This document shows, piece by piece, positions 9,880-19,768 of a DNA stretch of 64,000 nt (position 1 is its first letter; each line of letters starts with the position of its first letter). A model generated the notes under the pieces. The model did not search any database and was not told the origin of the DNA. It saw nothing but the letters and a program-made list of their open reading frames with translations. Where the stretch lies: positions 64,001 to 128,000 of IMG/VR virus record IMGVR_UViG_3300023048_000001. The stretch is one strand, 5' to 3'. A program made the translations under genes and the position numbers. The stretch is from a virus. Lineage: Duplodnaviria > Caudoviricetes.

Positions 9880-11007
9880 ATGAAGTCATTATTTAATATT
9901 GAAAACACAAAATCACCGATGGAATGTAAAATATTCCTCGATGACGATAACAATGGGGTAACTTTATCTCGCTTTGAGCAGGTAAAGTATCCACGTATCC
10001 AGAAGCTAAGAGAAATCCAAGAGGGTTTCTTCTGGCGTCCACAGGAAATCGAAGTAACCAAAGATGAGAGAGACTTTAAGTCTCTCTCTGAAGCAGGTAA
10101 GCACATTTTCACAAGTAACCTGATGTTCCAGACCCTATTAGACTCTACGCAGTCTCGTGCACCTGAAGCATTGTTTGCATCGATCACTGCACTACCTGAG
10201 GTAGAACATTTCTGTAAAGCATGGGGATTCTTTGAATCAATTCATTCATTCAGCTATTCCTACATTCTAAGAAACATTATTACTAATCCATCAGAAGTCT
10301 TTGACAAGGTAACTGAAATTCAGGAAATTATTGACAGGGCTTCCTCAATTACAGCACCATATGATGACCTACATCACTATAATCAGTATGTTGACATCAA
10401 TGGCTATGATGATACACACACCAAATATAACCATAAGGTTAAAGTTTGGCGTGCATTGATGGCAGCTAATATTCTTGAAGGTGTTCGCTTCTACGTATCA
10501 TTTGCTTGCTCGTGGGCATTTGCTGAGCAGAAGTTAATGGTAGGTAATGCAGATATTATTAAGTTCATCTGCCGTGATGAAAACGTACACTTAGGTTTTA
10601 CTCAGTTCCTTCTAAAGACCTTACCTAAGGATGATTCAGACTACATCCAGATTTCCAAGGATTTGGAACAAGATAGTATTAACATGTTCCTCGATGCTAT
10701 CCAGCAGGAAAAGGATTGGGCAAAGTATTTGTTCAAGTTTGGTTCTATTTTGGGTCTAACTGAAGGCCTATTGGGTGATTACGTGGATTTCATTGCTAAG
10801 AAAAGAATGGATGCTATTGGTTTGAAACTTCCTTATTCCGTTCCTTCAAGTGATCCGCTTCCATGGACCCAAAGCTGGATTTCAGGTAAGGAAGTTCAGG
10901 CAGCAGCACAGGAAACCGAATTGACATCATATGTGATCGGTGTTCTAGATAAGAAGGTTGAACGACGTTCTGTCATTCGTAATTTGAAGTCTATGGGCAT
11001 TGACTGA
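9880..11007 (+). CDS. nrdB: Class Ia ribonucleotide reductase beta subunit
   Basis: FFWRPQEI, QTLLDS, ESIHSFSY (radical Tyr), EGVRFYVSF, RDENVH, QETELTSY. Confidence 0.97.
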   Translation: MKSLFNIENTKSPMECKIFLDDDNNGVTLSRFEQVKYPRIQKLREIQEGFFWRPQEIEVTKDERDFKSLSEAGKHIFTSNLMFQTLLDSTQSRAPEALFASITALPEVEHFCKAWGFFESIHSFSYSYILRNIITNPSEVFDKVTEIQEIIDRASSITAPYDDLHHYNQYVDINGYDDTHTKYNHKVKVWRALMAANILEGVRFYVSFACSWAFAEQKLMVGNADIIKFICRDENVHLGFTQFLLKTLPKDDSDYIQISKDLEQDSINMFLDAIQQEKDWAKYLFKFGSILGLTEGLLGDYVDFIAKKRMDAIGLKLPYSVPSSDPLPWTQSWISGKEVQAAAQETELTSYVIGVLDKKVERRSVIRNLKSMGID

Positions 11008-11065
11008 TAGACAAATGTGAAATTAAGAACTATAATCCCTTGGCCTAAAACCAAGGGATTCTTTT

Positions 11066-11701
11066 ATGTATATTATCGAACCACAAGCCATGCAATTGCT
11101 AATTGGATTGTATAACTCACCTCAGCGTCATTATCATGACCTGAATCATATCAATTTTAGTTTACATAAACTTGGTGAATGTTCGACTAAATTTAGCCTA
11201 GAAAGGGCTGAATTGACTGTATTGAAGTATGCAATCTGGTTTCATGATGCAATCTATTCTCCATATAAAATGGCTGGAACATCTAATGAACTAGAGTCAG
11301 CAGATTTGTTTAGCTCATGCCTTAAAGATAACATAATTCATGATAAGTTCTTTTATAAGGATTTTGAGGAACGTGTTGTTGAAGCCATCCTAGAAACTGA
11401 GTACCATGCTGGAAACCCTACCACTGATCTATACCGAACAACAGATATCATGATGGACATCGACATGGCAGGCTTTGCCAAGCCGTATGCTCTTGCATAT
11501 GGTGATTCTGATCTTATTTTTAAGGAATATGCATTCTTGGGATATTCCAAGACTGATATGATGAAGGCAAGAATTGATTTCTTACAGAAGCTCCTTTTCA
11601 AGGAGTACATCTACAGAACTGAGTATTTCCGTGAAACCCATGAGGCCAAGGCTCGCCAGAACATTACAGACATCATCAAGGCCACACAGGAGACCTCTTA
11701 A
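11066..11701 (+). CDS. HD-superfamily metal-dependent phosphohydrolase
   Basis: RHYHDLNHI, AIWFHDAIY, NELESA, DIDMA, ARQNI. Confidence 0.85.
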   Translation: MYIIEPQAMQLLIGLYNSPQRHYHDLNHINFSLHKLGECSTKFSLERAELTVLKYAIWFHDAIYSPYKMAGTSNELESADLFSSCLKDNIIHDKFFYKDFEERVVEAILETEYHAGNPTTDLYRTTDIMMDIDMAGFAKPYALAYGDSDLIFKEYAFLGYSKTDMMKARIDFLQKLLFKEYIYRTEYFRETHEAKARQNITDIIKATQETS

Positions 11702-11770
11702 AGCTGGGACCGTTCAATTAAACTGTAGAGTCTTCACATTTCATAAATATATGAAAATCGGAACTCTCAA

Positions 11771-12532
11771 ATGTATCTTGTCGAATTGGCTAATCCCAAG
11801 CAATTAAAAACCCATCTGGAATACCATGCAACGCTTAACCCTAAGCTATGGAGTACATTTGCAGATGACAAGAACTACCCAATGCTCAAGCCTGAAGTAC
11901 AAGAGGCATTAGAAAAGATTTCTAATGCCTTTTTAGCTTTCTTGAAAGTTGAAGCAGACAAAGTTGCCGACATTATTTTCACTGGTTCTAATGCAAATTA
12001 TAATTGGTCAAAATTATCAGATATTGACCTGCACATTATTTTAAATTATGATGCTATCTGTAAGGATTGTCAGGAGAACAGTTCAGGATTTGATTTAGAC
12101 GATTGCTACAAAGCAAAGAAGACCGTATGGAATGAATATCATGATATTACTATCAAGGATTACATTGTAGAAGTCTACGTTGAACCAAAGACTGAAGAAC
12201 GTTCTGGTAACGCAGGCGTCTGGTCACTAGTCAAGAAAGACTGGATCAAGGTTCCTCAAAAAGAAGAAGACTTAGTTTATGATGAAACTCAGATCAAAGC
12301 CAAGGCTGCTGATCTAATGCATCAGATTGATATGCTAAGTAAAGAATCAGATGCCACAGCCATTAAAGCTATGCAAGATAAGATCAAGAAAATGAGACAG
12401 GCCGCTATCTCTTCTGGTGGTGAGTTTTCTCTAGAGAATCTTGTATTTAAAGCAATCAGAAACAATGGTTACATGGACAAACTTTACGATTTAGGCAACA
12501 AAGCAGAAGATGATGAATTGTCTTTAAAATGA
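11771..12532 (+). CDS. Pol-beta-superfamily nucleotidyltransferase domain protein
   Basis: FTGSNANYNW...SDIDLH and VEVYVE; TAAATA upstream. Confidence 0.7.
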   Translation: MYLVELANPKQLKTHLEYHATLNPKLWSTFADDKNYPMLKPEVQEALEKISNAFLAFLKVEADKVADIIFTGSNANYNWSKLSDIDLHIILNYDAICKDCQENSSGFDLDDCYKAKKTVWNEYHDITIKDYIVEVYVEPKTEERSGNAGVWSLVKKDWIKVPQKEEDLVYDETQIKAKAADLMHQIDMLSKESDATAIKAMQDKIKKMRQAAISSGGEFSLENLVFKAIRNNGYMDKLYDLGNKAEDDELSLK

Positions 12533-12606
12533 GAATTTTCTGTCCATTTTCTGTTATTAAGAATTTTATAAAATAAATAGACAAATACCCCTTAAGGAAG
12601 GTTTTA

Positions 12607-13773
12607 ATGAATACTAATTTACACGGTTATGCGCCATACTCAGTAAATGATACGCTATGGATGTTAAATCTATCTACTCACGCTATCACTAGCGGTGTTG
12701 TTAAGGTTATCCATGATACTGCTGGTGTTTACTCATATGATGTTTTAGTAGATGGTACAAACAACACAGTCACTGTTGCTCATACTGATGCATACGCATT
12801 GCAGAGCTATGCAGAATTGAAGTTACAGTTGATTGTTACTCCTACTCCGTCACCATCACCTACTGGTACTCCACCAGTTACACAGACTCCACATGCTTCT
12901 CCAACCCCATCAGTAACCGTAAGCAACACTGTACCATTCGGTCCTGACGTTCTAGATATCAACGGCGGTACATGGACATTGAGCCATGCAACAATCGCTA
13001 ATGGTAAGATCGTTTCAACCTCAACCGATGGCGTTGCACCTGTATCTGTTTCAACTGTTGTAACTGTTCCAGTCAATCGTCAGGCTGTCTTTACTCTAGG
13101 TTACAATGAAGGTACTGTTTCCAGCGCTAAGCTAACCCTAACCGGTAACAACTCTGGCGTTGTTCAGCAGCAGTCACTTCTAGGTAGCGGTAAGGTAGAC
13201 GTTGTTCTATTCACTGGTACCAACACCTCATTGACCCTAAAGGTCGAATTGTTTGAAGATTCAACCTTTAAGAAGTATGCACTAGCTGGTTACACATACC
13301 TATTGACTGATGGTGTTATCAAGGTTGTTGCTCCAACCACAACTGTTACTCCCAGCCCAACAGCAACATTGACACCAACACCGTCAACATCTGCTTCTCG
13401 CTCGGTAACTCCTACGCCTTCACCAACCAAGTCAACAACACCTAGCCCAACAGTTTCAGCTACAATCTCAGTTACACCATCTGTGACTGCCTCTGCCGGT
13501 GTTCCTGTAACTCCTACACCGTCTCCAACGCATTCTACTGGCACTACAGTGACACCTAGCCCAACAGCTACAGTATCAGGTACACCAGCAGTAACACACA
13601 CCGTAACACCAACACCTACAACATCAGCTACACACTCAGCAGGCGTTTCACCTTCACCAACACCTACCATTTCATCCAGCGCTGGTTTGGTATCTCCAAC
13701 ACCAACACCTACCGCTACGGTATCAGGTACGCCAGTTGTGACGCCAACACCATCGGTCACAGCAACCCACTAA
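12607..13773 (+). CDS. Thr/Pro/Ser-rich mucin-like probable virion protein
   Basis: Long C-terminal TP(S/T)P repeat tail, beta-rich central domain, TAAATA late motif and AAGG SD. Confidence 0.75.
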   Translation: MNTNLHGYAPYSVNDTLWMLNLSTHAITSGVVKVIHDTAGVYSYDVLVDGTNNTVTVAHTDAYALQSYAELKLQLIVTPTPSPSPTGTPPVTQTPHASPTPSVTVSNTVPFGPDVLDINGGTWTLSHATIANGKIVSTSTDGVAPVSVSTVVTVPVNRQAVFTLGYNEGTVSSAKLTLTGNNSGVVQQQSLLGSGKVDVVLFTGTNTSLTLKVELFEDSTFKKYALAGYTYLLTDGVIKVVAPTTTVTPSPTATLTPTPSTSASRSVTPTPSPTKSTTPSPTVSATISVTPSVTASAGVPVTPTPSPTHSTGTTVTPSPTATVSGTPAVTHTVTPTPTTSATHSAGVSPSPTPTISSSAGLVSPTPTPTATVSGTPVVTPTPSVTATH

Positions 13774-13809
13774 GTATAATCACAGGGGAACGATTATAAA
13801 GGAAATTAC

Positions 13810-14082
13810 ATGAGCGTATATACAGTAACATACAAGTTTAACCCAAATGATTTAGTTTGGGTTCTCGATTCAAATTCTGTAAAGAAGGGTACTTGTGTGC
13901 AATCTGTAGTAAAAATCGCCCAAAAGAACAAGACTGACATCCAGACGGTAATTGAGTATTTGATTCTCTTGGATTGTAATTCTGGAACTATTTGGGTTGA
14001 TGATGCCAATGCCTATGAGTCATTGCAAGATGCGATAGATGCGTTGTCACTACAGATGCAAACGACATCGTGTCCATCTTGA
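13810..14082 (+). CDS. Small hypothetical protein resembling the N-terminal domain of 12607-13773
   Basis: FNPNDLVWVL..AYESLQDA vs YSVNDTLWML..AYALQSYA; AAGGA SD. Confidence 0.7.
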   Translation: MSVYTVTYKFNPNDLVWVLDSNSVKKGTCVQSVVKIAQKNKTDIQTVIEYLILLDCNSGTIWVDDANAYESLQDAIDALSLQMQTTSCPS

Positions 14083-14092
14083 CATTAAACTA

Positions 14093-14135
14093 ATAAATGG
14101 CGCTTTGAGTTTTCACGAATTCAAAGCGCCATTAT
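14093..14135. terminator. Long hairpin, putative terminator
   Basis: ATGGCGCTTTGA...TCAAAGCGCCAT inverted repeat. Confidence 0.55.
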
Positions 14136-14210
14136 CGTTTCTAGAGTCTTTACATTGACATTAAAGATTAGAATGGGTATAATTTAACCACTTTCATTAT
14201 GGAGAATTAT

Positions 14211-14558
14211 ATGAATACTGTTTTAAATACAACTGATGTCATCGACATCCGCCGCGAATCAAAGATCGGCACAACCACTCGCGATATTTCCCATATCTTT
14301 GGGGTTTCACCGCGTACCATCCAGCGTATTATCCGTGGCGAACTATGGGCAACTGTCCCAACTGATAAGTCTATTAAGAATTTCACCAACTATGACATCA
14401 CTTATGATGGTCGCGTTTGGTCAAACTCAAAGGGTGGATATCTTGCTCTTGAAACTCGTGCTGGTGCACCAGCAGTACGTCTGCGTAAGACCTTGAAGTC
14501 AGCACGCAGAATTGAAAAGACTGTGCCGGTATCAACATTACTAGCTAAGCATTTCTAA
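14211..14558 (+). CDS. HTH plus NUMOD4-like DNA-binding protein
   Basis: ISHIFGVSPRTIQRI (HTH) and NYDITYDGRVWS (NUMOD4-like); TTGACA..TATAAT promoter at 14155-14183; GGAG SD. Confidence 0.65.
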   Translation: MNTVLNTTDVIDIRRESKIGTTTRDISHIFGVSPRTIQRIIRGELWATVPTDKSIKNFTNYDITYDGRVWSNSKGGYLALETRAGAPAVRLRKTLKSARRIEKTVPVSTLLAKHF

Positions 14559-14562
14559 GAAT

Positions 14563-14587
14563 AAAGCCCGCGAAAGCGGGCTTTTTC
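14563..14587. terminator. Bidirectional intrinsic terminator
   Basis: AAAGCCCGC-GAAA-GCGGGCTTTTT; same sequence at 21185. Confidence 0.85.
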
Positions 14588-14636
14588 ATTTACAGAGTTC
14601 AATTTTTGCTAATAAATAGCCATAAATGGTTTAGCA

Positions 14637-15107
14637 ATGGCAGATTTAATTACTAGTTTGAAACAGGTAAAGATTGGTGACTTTGTAAAGTTTACTGAGA
14701 AGGACAAGCAAGGTAAGTTCACATATGTTGGTGAAGTTATCTCTATAGAGCAAGGTTGGATCAACATTTTAGCCTTTGAGGGAGAGATTGGATTCAAGAT
14801 AGACAAGGATAATCATTTAGAGACAATCCTCACCCAACCTACCGGTTGGAAGAAGTACAAAGATAATCCTGAGGCTTATCGATTTAAGATTAATACTGAT
14901 AAGTTAAAAGCTCGTCAGAAAGAACAGAAAGCTCGTGAAGATGAAGTGGCTAATATAAAAACAGTGAAGGAAAAAGTAAAAGAGTTCGTCCTCTCACAGA
15001 AAGAACGAACTCTTGAAAAGCTTCTCAAGAAAGTATCCAAGGAATTCAAAGATACTGACCAGAAGTTGCTAACTAACTATATTCAATTAGCGTTGCTTAA
15101 AGTTTAA
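14637..15107 (+). CDS. Hypothetical Lys-rich protein
   Basis: 156-aa ORF, TAAATA upstream. Confidence 0.65.
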   Translation: MADLITSLKQVKIGDFVKFTEKDKQGKFTYVGEVISIEQGWINILAFEGEIGFKIDKDNHLETILTQPTGWKKYKDNPEAYRFKINTDKLKARQKEQKAREDEVANIKTVKEKVKEFVLSQKERTLEKLLKKVSKEFKDTDQKLLTNYIQLALLKV

Positions 15108-15823
15108 GCAACGTCCTCATCAGCAATAGATTCTAGAACAGGAAGTGCCTTAAGCTTATTGGCAAAAGCCATGCAGGCTTGGCCGCCATTAGCTAATAGT
15201 GTTGCAAAGTCATCGAATGAAATCCATGCATGACCCTGTTGACCCCAACCCTTACCCCATGAGTTCTTGATACGAAATAACTTCTTCTCTGTATCAACAC
15301 CATTCAATAGATAAGCGTGACCACCCGCCATGCCACCTGTAGGCTTCACCAAGCCGTTCCCATCGGGAGTGAACATCGATGTGAACCAACGAGTACCAAC
15401 GACGACAGGACCGATTGTGAGAAGGCAGGTAACGATGTCATCTACACTGTTTGCCCAGCGATATTCACTGACAACACCAGCAGACTTCAAAATTTTTGCA
15501 ACTGCACGGACAGTAGAACCATTATAATTTGAACCGGGAATACCATCGTTAGCCTGAGCCTTGTGGTATAGATTGGTTACGTTAAAGAGAGGTTTCTCTC
15601 TATCACCAAGGCCGTCCTGAATCATAGGACCATCTTCTAGCCAATGCGACCATGAAAATACCGTACACATTGATGTGTTGCCTTGATCACCCCACCAGCC
15701 ATTATCCCACCACATCTTTTCTGTGATGAATGGACGCTCTGGTAGAACTGCGGCCATAGGATACAACGCATCACGTTCGTCAGAATGTTCGATGTGACCC
15801 AAGCCAAAATATACATTACCCAT
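15104..15823 (-). CDS. Papain-like (C1 family) cysteine peptidase
   Basis: DQG..SMC, GGHAY, IKNSWGKGWG..G; AGGAG SD. Confidence 0.9.
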   Translation of the reverse strand: MGNVYFGLGHIEHSDERDALYPMAAVLPERPFITEKMWWDNGWWGDQGNTSMCTVFSWSHWLEDGPMIQDGLGDREKPLFNVTNLYHKAQANDGIPGSNYNGSTVRAVAKILKSAGVVSEYRWANSVDDIVTCLLTIGPVVVGTRWFTSMFTPDGNGLVKPTGGMAGGHAYLLNGVDTEKKLFRIKNSWGKGWGQQGHAWISFDDFATLLANGGQACMAFANKLKALPVLESIADEDVA

Positions 15824-15877
15824 TTTACAACTCCTAAAGTTCAAAGTATTTATTGAACCGAAATGGGCTATGATAAT

Positions 15878-16483
15878 TTAGGACTTTTTATGCTTCTTTG
15901 AGGCTTTGTCTAGGTTGATTGTAAGGACATGAACAAGAGTATTGAACTCACCCGGCATATTCAGGGTTTGCATCTTAAAAATCTTGTCAACTTTGTGGGA
16001 TTCGCCCATTAGATAGCGAACGTATGAAGCTGGAATCATTGGCTCATAAGAGACCAAAACCTTCCCAGCATTTGATTTATCCTGCATGGCAATATTAGCA
16101 CTCATGCGAGTCATGATAACTTCTTTCAAAGTACCACCAGTACCAGTGTTCAGCTTGAAGTTTTCAAGTTTTTTGATGAGAGGAACCAGCTTATCATAAA
16201 TCTTTTCCTTAGCATGTACTGGCTTCCAGAAAGGATTGTCCATGCATCGCATAAGAACAATGGCAATCTTCATCTTCATCTCTTCATCAAGATATTTCAA
16301 CGAATCAGGATTGACTTTTATGATACGGTTTACTGTTGTAGAAATAATATCAACAGCATTGATACGTCTACGAATCTTTCTCCATTCATTATATGTTTTG
16401 TTAATGAGCGAACACGTATATTCAAGCTCCTTTTGTGAAGCTTTGTTATTCTCTACTATAATGAAATCTTCGAATAAACTCAT
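15878..16483 (-). CDS. Hypothetical protein
   Basis: 201-aa ORF. Confidence 0.65.
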   Translation of the reverse strand: MSLFEDFIIVENNKASQKELEYTCSLINKTYNEWRKIRRRINAVDIISTTVNRIIKVNPDSLKYLDEEMKMKIAIVLMRCMDNPFWKPVHAKEKIYDKLVPLIKKLENFKLNTGTGGTLKEVIMTRMSANIAMQDKSNAGKVLVSYEPMIPASYVRYLMGESHKVDKIFKMQTLNMPGEFNTLVHVLTINLDKASKKHKKS

Positions 16484-16508
16484 GATTATCTCTTTGTAAT
16501 GCCTAGGT

Positions 16509-16520
16509 ATTTATAAATAA
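16509..16520. promoter_or_regulatory. T4 gp55-like late promoter, bidirectional (TATTTATAAATA)
   Basis: Between divergent genes; TAAATA also precedes genes at ~6741, 7359, 11744, 12573, 14613, 20254 and on the minus strand ~15848, 17343. Confidence 0.6.
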
Positions 16521-16539
16521 TTCTAGTACCGGAGCGTTT

Positions 16540-16827
16540 GTGTTATTAAGTAAGTTCGACCTTAACAATGTTAATTTTTGGAATAAGTATACCTGTACTA
16601 TCGAAGGTACGGTTACAGATGGTGTGACTTTAAATTATGGGACGCAACGCCTTGAGCTTCACTTCAAGTTTCCTAGAAGTAAAGGTATGTGTTACTTTGA
16701 ATCATTTAGGGATTACGCAGAGACATTCTCTAAGACTTTAGAGTATATGGAGTTGGTGGATCAACTCAAAATTGCGTTGCCTTATCTTGAGCATATATAC
16801 TCACATACGGAGCTATTGTGTGGATAA
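16540..16827 (+). CDS. Hypothetical protein
   Basis: 95-aa ORF, GGAG SD, GTG start. Confidence 0.6.
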   Translation: MLLSKFDLNNVNFWNKYTCTIEGTVTDGVTLNYGTQRLELHFKFPRSKGMCYFESFRDYAETFSKTLEYMELVDQLKIALPYLEHIYSHTELLCG

Positions 16828-17152
16828 GACAAAGAAAATTAAAGAGAAAGAGTTAAGGCAGGAGCTAGTGTCTGAGAAGACATTCACTGAGTTAACCCAA
16901 AAGATAGCAGAATATCTTTATAGTTATACGATTAGAACAAAGGATCACGTCTCAAAAGAGCGTCCTAAGATCATCGGTGGCGTATCTTTCTGGCTTGAAC
17001 AAAAGACCATAGATGACACGCCACAAATAATGTTAATGTACAATGTACATCCTAAAAATTGGAACGTTAACAGAGTTACTTACGAATTCGACCTTGAAGA
17101 AAAGGAATACCTAGAATACTTCCTAGGTGTACCATTCCATGTCAATCACTGA
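16820..17152 (+). CDS. Hypothetical protein
   Basis: ORF overlapping the previous stop, GGAG SD. Confidence 0.55.
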   Translation: MDKTKKIKEKELRQELVSEKTFTELTQKIAEYLYSYTIRTKDHVSKERPKIIGGVSFWLEQKTIDDTPQIMLMYNVHPKNWNVNRVTYEFDLEEKEYLEYFLGVPFHVNH

Positions 17153-17319
17153 CCTAGCATCTTCTTAAAGATAGTTGTGGTCAGCTTGTAGAAGCGTACC
17201 GAGCCTTCCCTAAACCCTTCATCTTTAGCCTTTTCCTTGGCTTCTTCCCAACGCTTCTCAGCCTCTTCAACACTGATACCAGCTTTGACCGCAAAACTCT
17301 TCACAACTGATGACGGCAT
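17146..17319 (-). CDS. 57-aa basic helical protein (below the ORF-track cutoff)
   Basis: MPSSVVKSFAVKAGISVEEAEKRWEEAKEKA...; AAGGAG SD and TAAATA upstream. Confidence 0.75.
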   Translation of the reverse strand: MPSSVVKSFAVKAGISVEEAEKRWEEAKEKAKDEGFREGSVRFYKLTTTIFKKMLGQ

Positions 17320-17350
17320 TGCCGTTCTCCTTTAAAGAAAATATTTATTC

Positions 17351-17695
17351 TTAATGGAAAACGGTGGTGTTATTCCACTCGCGTAGCAAGCCATTACTCA
17401 TGCATAGGGTGTCGTCATCGTCTAGATCACCCACATCTAAAGATTTGCCTTCAGGATCATAAACCGGCGTTGAATGGATGGGCAGCATCGTGAAATTCTT
17501 TCCTTCAGTGTCATCAACTGCAACAACATAGATTCTACCTTTAGATAAGAAATCATCTTCAAGATGAATATTGATTTCTTTAAACTCTGTCAGAGGGCAC
17601 CATGGCTCTTTCTGATCGATGATGCCGAAGAATACTTTATCGTTAGACCTGTAAGCAATGCTGTTATAGAACATCTTTAAATTAACCTCTGGCAA
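17351..17695 (-). CDS. Hypothetical protein
   Basis: 114-aa ORF in operon. Confidence 0.55.
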   Translation of the reverse strand: MPEVNLKMFYNSIAYRSNDKVFFGIIDQKEPWCPLTEFKEINIHLEDDFLSKGRIYVVAVDDTEGKNFTMLPIHSTPVYDPEGKSLDVGDLDDDDTLCMSNGLLREWNNTTVFH

Positions 17696-17996
17696 GTACT
17701 AGACTACGAGTACGCTCAACATACGCGTTTTCTAGAGCTTCCGCTAGAGGGAAGGTGTAACCAATACCACTGTGGAGGATACGTAGGTGAATGCCCTTCT
17801 CATCTAGTTTGCCTAGAGGCATGACATCGGTGAAGGACACCTTGGTACCGTTTTCACCCTCTTCAACGTTAATGGCTAGAGCATTGGTGACGTGAAGATA
17901 CTGTCCATCTGAATCTGAGACCTTTGCAGCGAACAACTGACCATTGTTTAAAAATAGACCGACCGGCTGGTTCTTAATACTATCAAATACTGACAT
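17682..17996 (-). CDS. Small beta-barrel (possibly Sm/LSm-like) protein
   Basis: VGLFLNNGQLFAAKV...LHVTNA resembles the Sm1 motif. Confidence 0.5.
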   Translation of the reverse strand: MSVFDSIKNQPVGLFLNNGQLFAAKVSDSDGQYLHVTNALAINVEEGENGTKVSFTDVMPLGKLDEKGIHLRILHSGIGYTFPLAEALENAYVERTRSLVLARG

Positions 17997-18012
17997 TTTT
18001 CTTTTCCTGTTA

Positions 18013-18729
18013 TTATTCTGGTTTTACGTAAATTAATTCTTCAATATATGAGCGATCATCCTTGAATAGGGGAAGCTCAGTTGAAGGGAGTAATTCGTCT
18101 TTGCGCATTGCTACACCATGACGAAATACAGTTGGTAGATCATCCCATGATTTACCCTTTTCAGCAAGTAATTCTTTCATTGCAATAGAATTCTTACCTT
18201 GAATTTCCTTATGTCCTAAAACATCATTGGCGTACATGCTAACGCTGTTACGGATACCGTCATGCTGACGATAGATAAAGTAATTAACTACTTCATCCTT
18301 AGGAAGGTTGAACACACGAGCATCAAAAAATGCTGTGGTAAAATTATGCTTAGCTGATTCGGCATTGAATATACCGGTAGTTAAGCTTGCAGAAACGGAT
18401 ACCATCTTCTGCACTGTGCTACCAAACCATGATTCTGTTGATAGATTATCGTAGTCACGTAGAAATAATGATATTTCATCTGACTGTGAAAATGCAAATA
18501 CACAACCCTGAATTTCTTTCATAAGAAACTGCATTGTTTTCTGCATAATCTGTGGTAGACGTGGATCAAAGGGACGTTCTAGGTTTGTAGTTGTCCAGTT
18601 CTTAAACGCCTTACCATCTAAACGAATGATAGTTGGAGTACGTCTCATCAAATGTTTGGTTTCTACTTGCTCATATGCCTTCATTCTATCTGTTAGTGAA
18701 GGGCTTGATGCTTTGTCTGTATGTTTCAT
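18013..18729 (-). CDS. thg1: tRNA(His) guanylyltransferase Thg1-like (3'-5' polymerase)
   Basis: RMKAYE, IIRLDGKAF, QSDEISL, FDARVF, YFIYRQ.D..RNS. Confidence 0.92.
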   Translation of the reverse strand: MKHTDKASSPSLTDRMKAYEQVETKHLMRRTPTIIRLDGKAFKNWTTTNLERPFDPRLPQIMQKTMQFLMKEIQGCVFAFSQSDEISLFLRDYDNLSTESWFGSTVQKMVSVSASLTTGIFNAESAKHNFTTAFFDARVFNLPKDEVVNYFIYRQHDGIRNSVSMYANDVLGHKEIQGKNSIAMKELLAEKGKSWDDLPTVFRHGVAMRKDELLPSTELPLFKDDRSYIEELIYVKPE

Positions 18730-19761
18730 TTAATCTCCGAATAAAGTGTTGTGAGTTCTATTTGCTCTTATGAATGTAGCGTTTTTATTGAATTCGGAAA
18801 GATTCTTAGCATTAATATATGTGCCAGTTGATCGTAATCCACCTTGGATTTTTTCAACTGTATTACTAACCGATCCTTTATACTCGACTAAGGTTCTAAT
18901 ACCCTCAGAAGCACGGTACTTTGCCATACCACCGTGAAAATTTTCCATGGCTGTTTCGGAAGACATTCCATAGAATTCCATTTTCCCATCTACAAGATGA
19001 CCACCACATTCATCATGGCCTGCAAACATAGTTCCAGACATAACAAAATGTGCGCCAGCAGCGAATGCTTTGCTGAAATCGGATGGGACATTGCATCCAC
19101 CATCTGAACATAGGAGGCCACCCATCTTGTTAACAGCATCAATAGTTTCAAGGATAGCTGAGAACTGAGGGATACCTACACCGGCCACTGTACGTGTTCT
19201 ACAAACGGCTGAAGAGCCGATGCCAACCTTTACGATGTCTGCACCATAATCTAGGAGTGCTGTCGCACCTTCGGGCGTAACAACATTACCAGCCATAATA
19301 ATAGAACCACGGGCGCGAGTTCTAACCCTAGAAACGAATTCATGGAATGACTTCATGTATCCATTAGCAACATCAATGCATATCAGCTTAGGTACACCAT
19401 ACGTTGCACAGAAGTCATTGAACTTCGCAATATCACTTTCACTCATTCCAAGTGTATAAAATACATGTCGGTCTAGTTCGTCATCTTCCTGACTTGTGTA
19501 GAAGTCGTATAGCTCCTGAAGGCTATAATGTTTATGTAGTGCACAGAACATATCATTACTAGCTAATGCTCTTGCCATTTCGAATGTTGAAACTGAACTC
19601 ATATTCGCGGAGATAATTGGTACTCCGCGAATAGTCTGCTTAGCATGTAGTGTTAGATGTTGTGTTACTAGAGAAACCTGCTTGCGTGATGAAAGGGATG
19701 AAATCTTTGGCTCAAGTAATACATCCTTAAAATCTAGCTTAATATCGTCTTTAATAATCAT
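18730..19761 (-). CDS. guaC: GMP reductase
   Basis: KLDFKDVLL.PK.S.LSSR, CIDVANGY, AGNVVT, KVGIG..AVC.TR, SDGGC, FYGMSS, YRASEG. Confidence 0.95.
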   Translation of the reverse strand: MIIKDDIKLDFKDVLLEPKISSLSSRKQVSLVTQHLTLHAKQTIRGVPIISANMSSVSTFEMARALASNDMFCALHKHYSLQELYDFYTSQEDDELDRHVFYTLGMSESDIAKFNDFCATYGVPKLICIDVANGYMKSFHEFVSRVRTRARGSIIMAGNVVTPEGATALLDYGADIVKVGIGSSAVCRTRTVAGVGIPQFSAILETIDAVNKMGGLLCSDGGCNVPSDFSKAFAAGAHFVMSGTMFAGHDECGGHLVDGKMEFYGMSSETAMENFHGGMAKYRASEGIRTLVEYKGSVSNTVEKIQGGLRSTGTYINAKNLSEFNKNATFIRANRTHNTLFGD

Positions 19762-19768
19762 TAAAACC

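Noticed and set aside
14211-14558. HNH homing endonuclease
   Set aside because: NUMOD4-like and HTH parts only; no HNH catalytic motif
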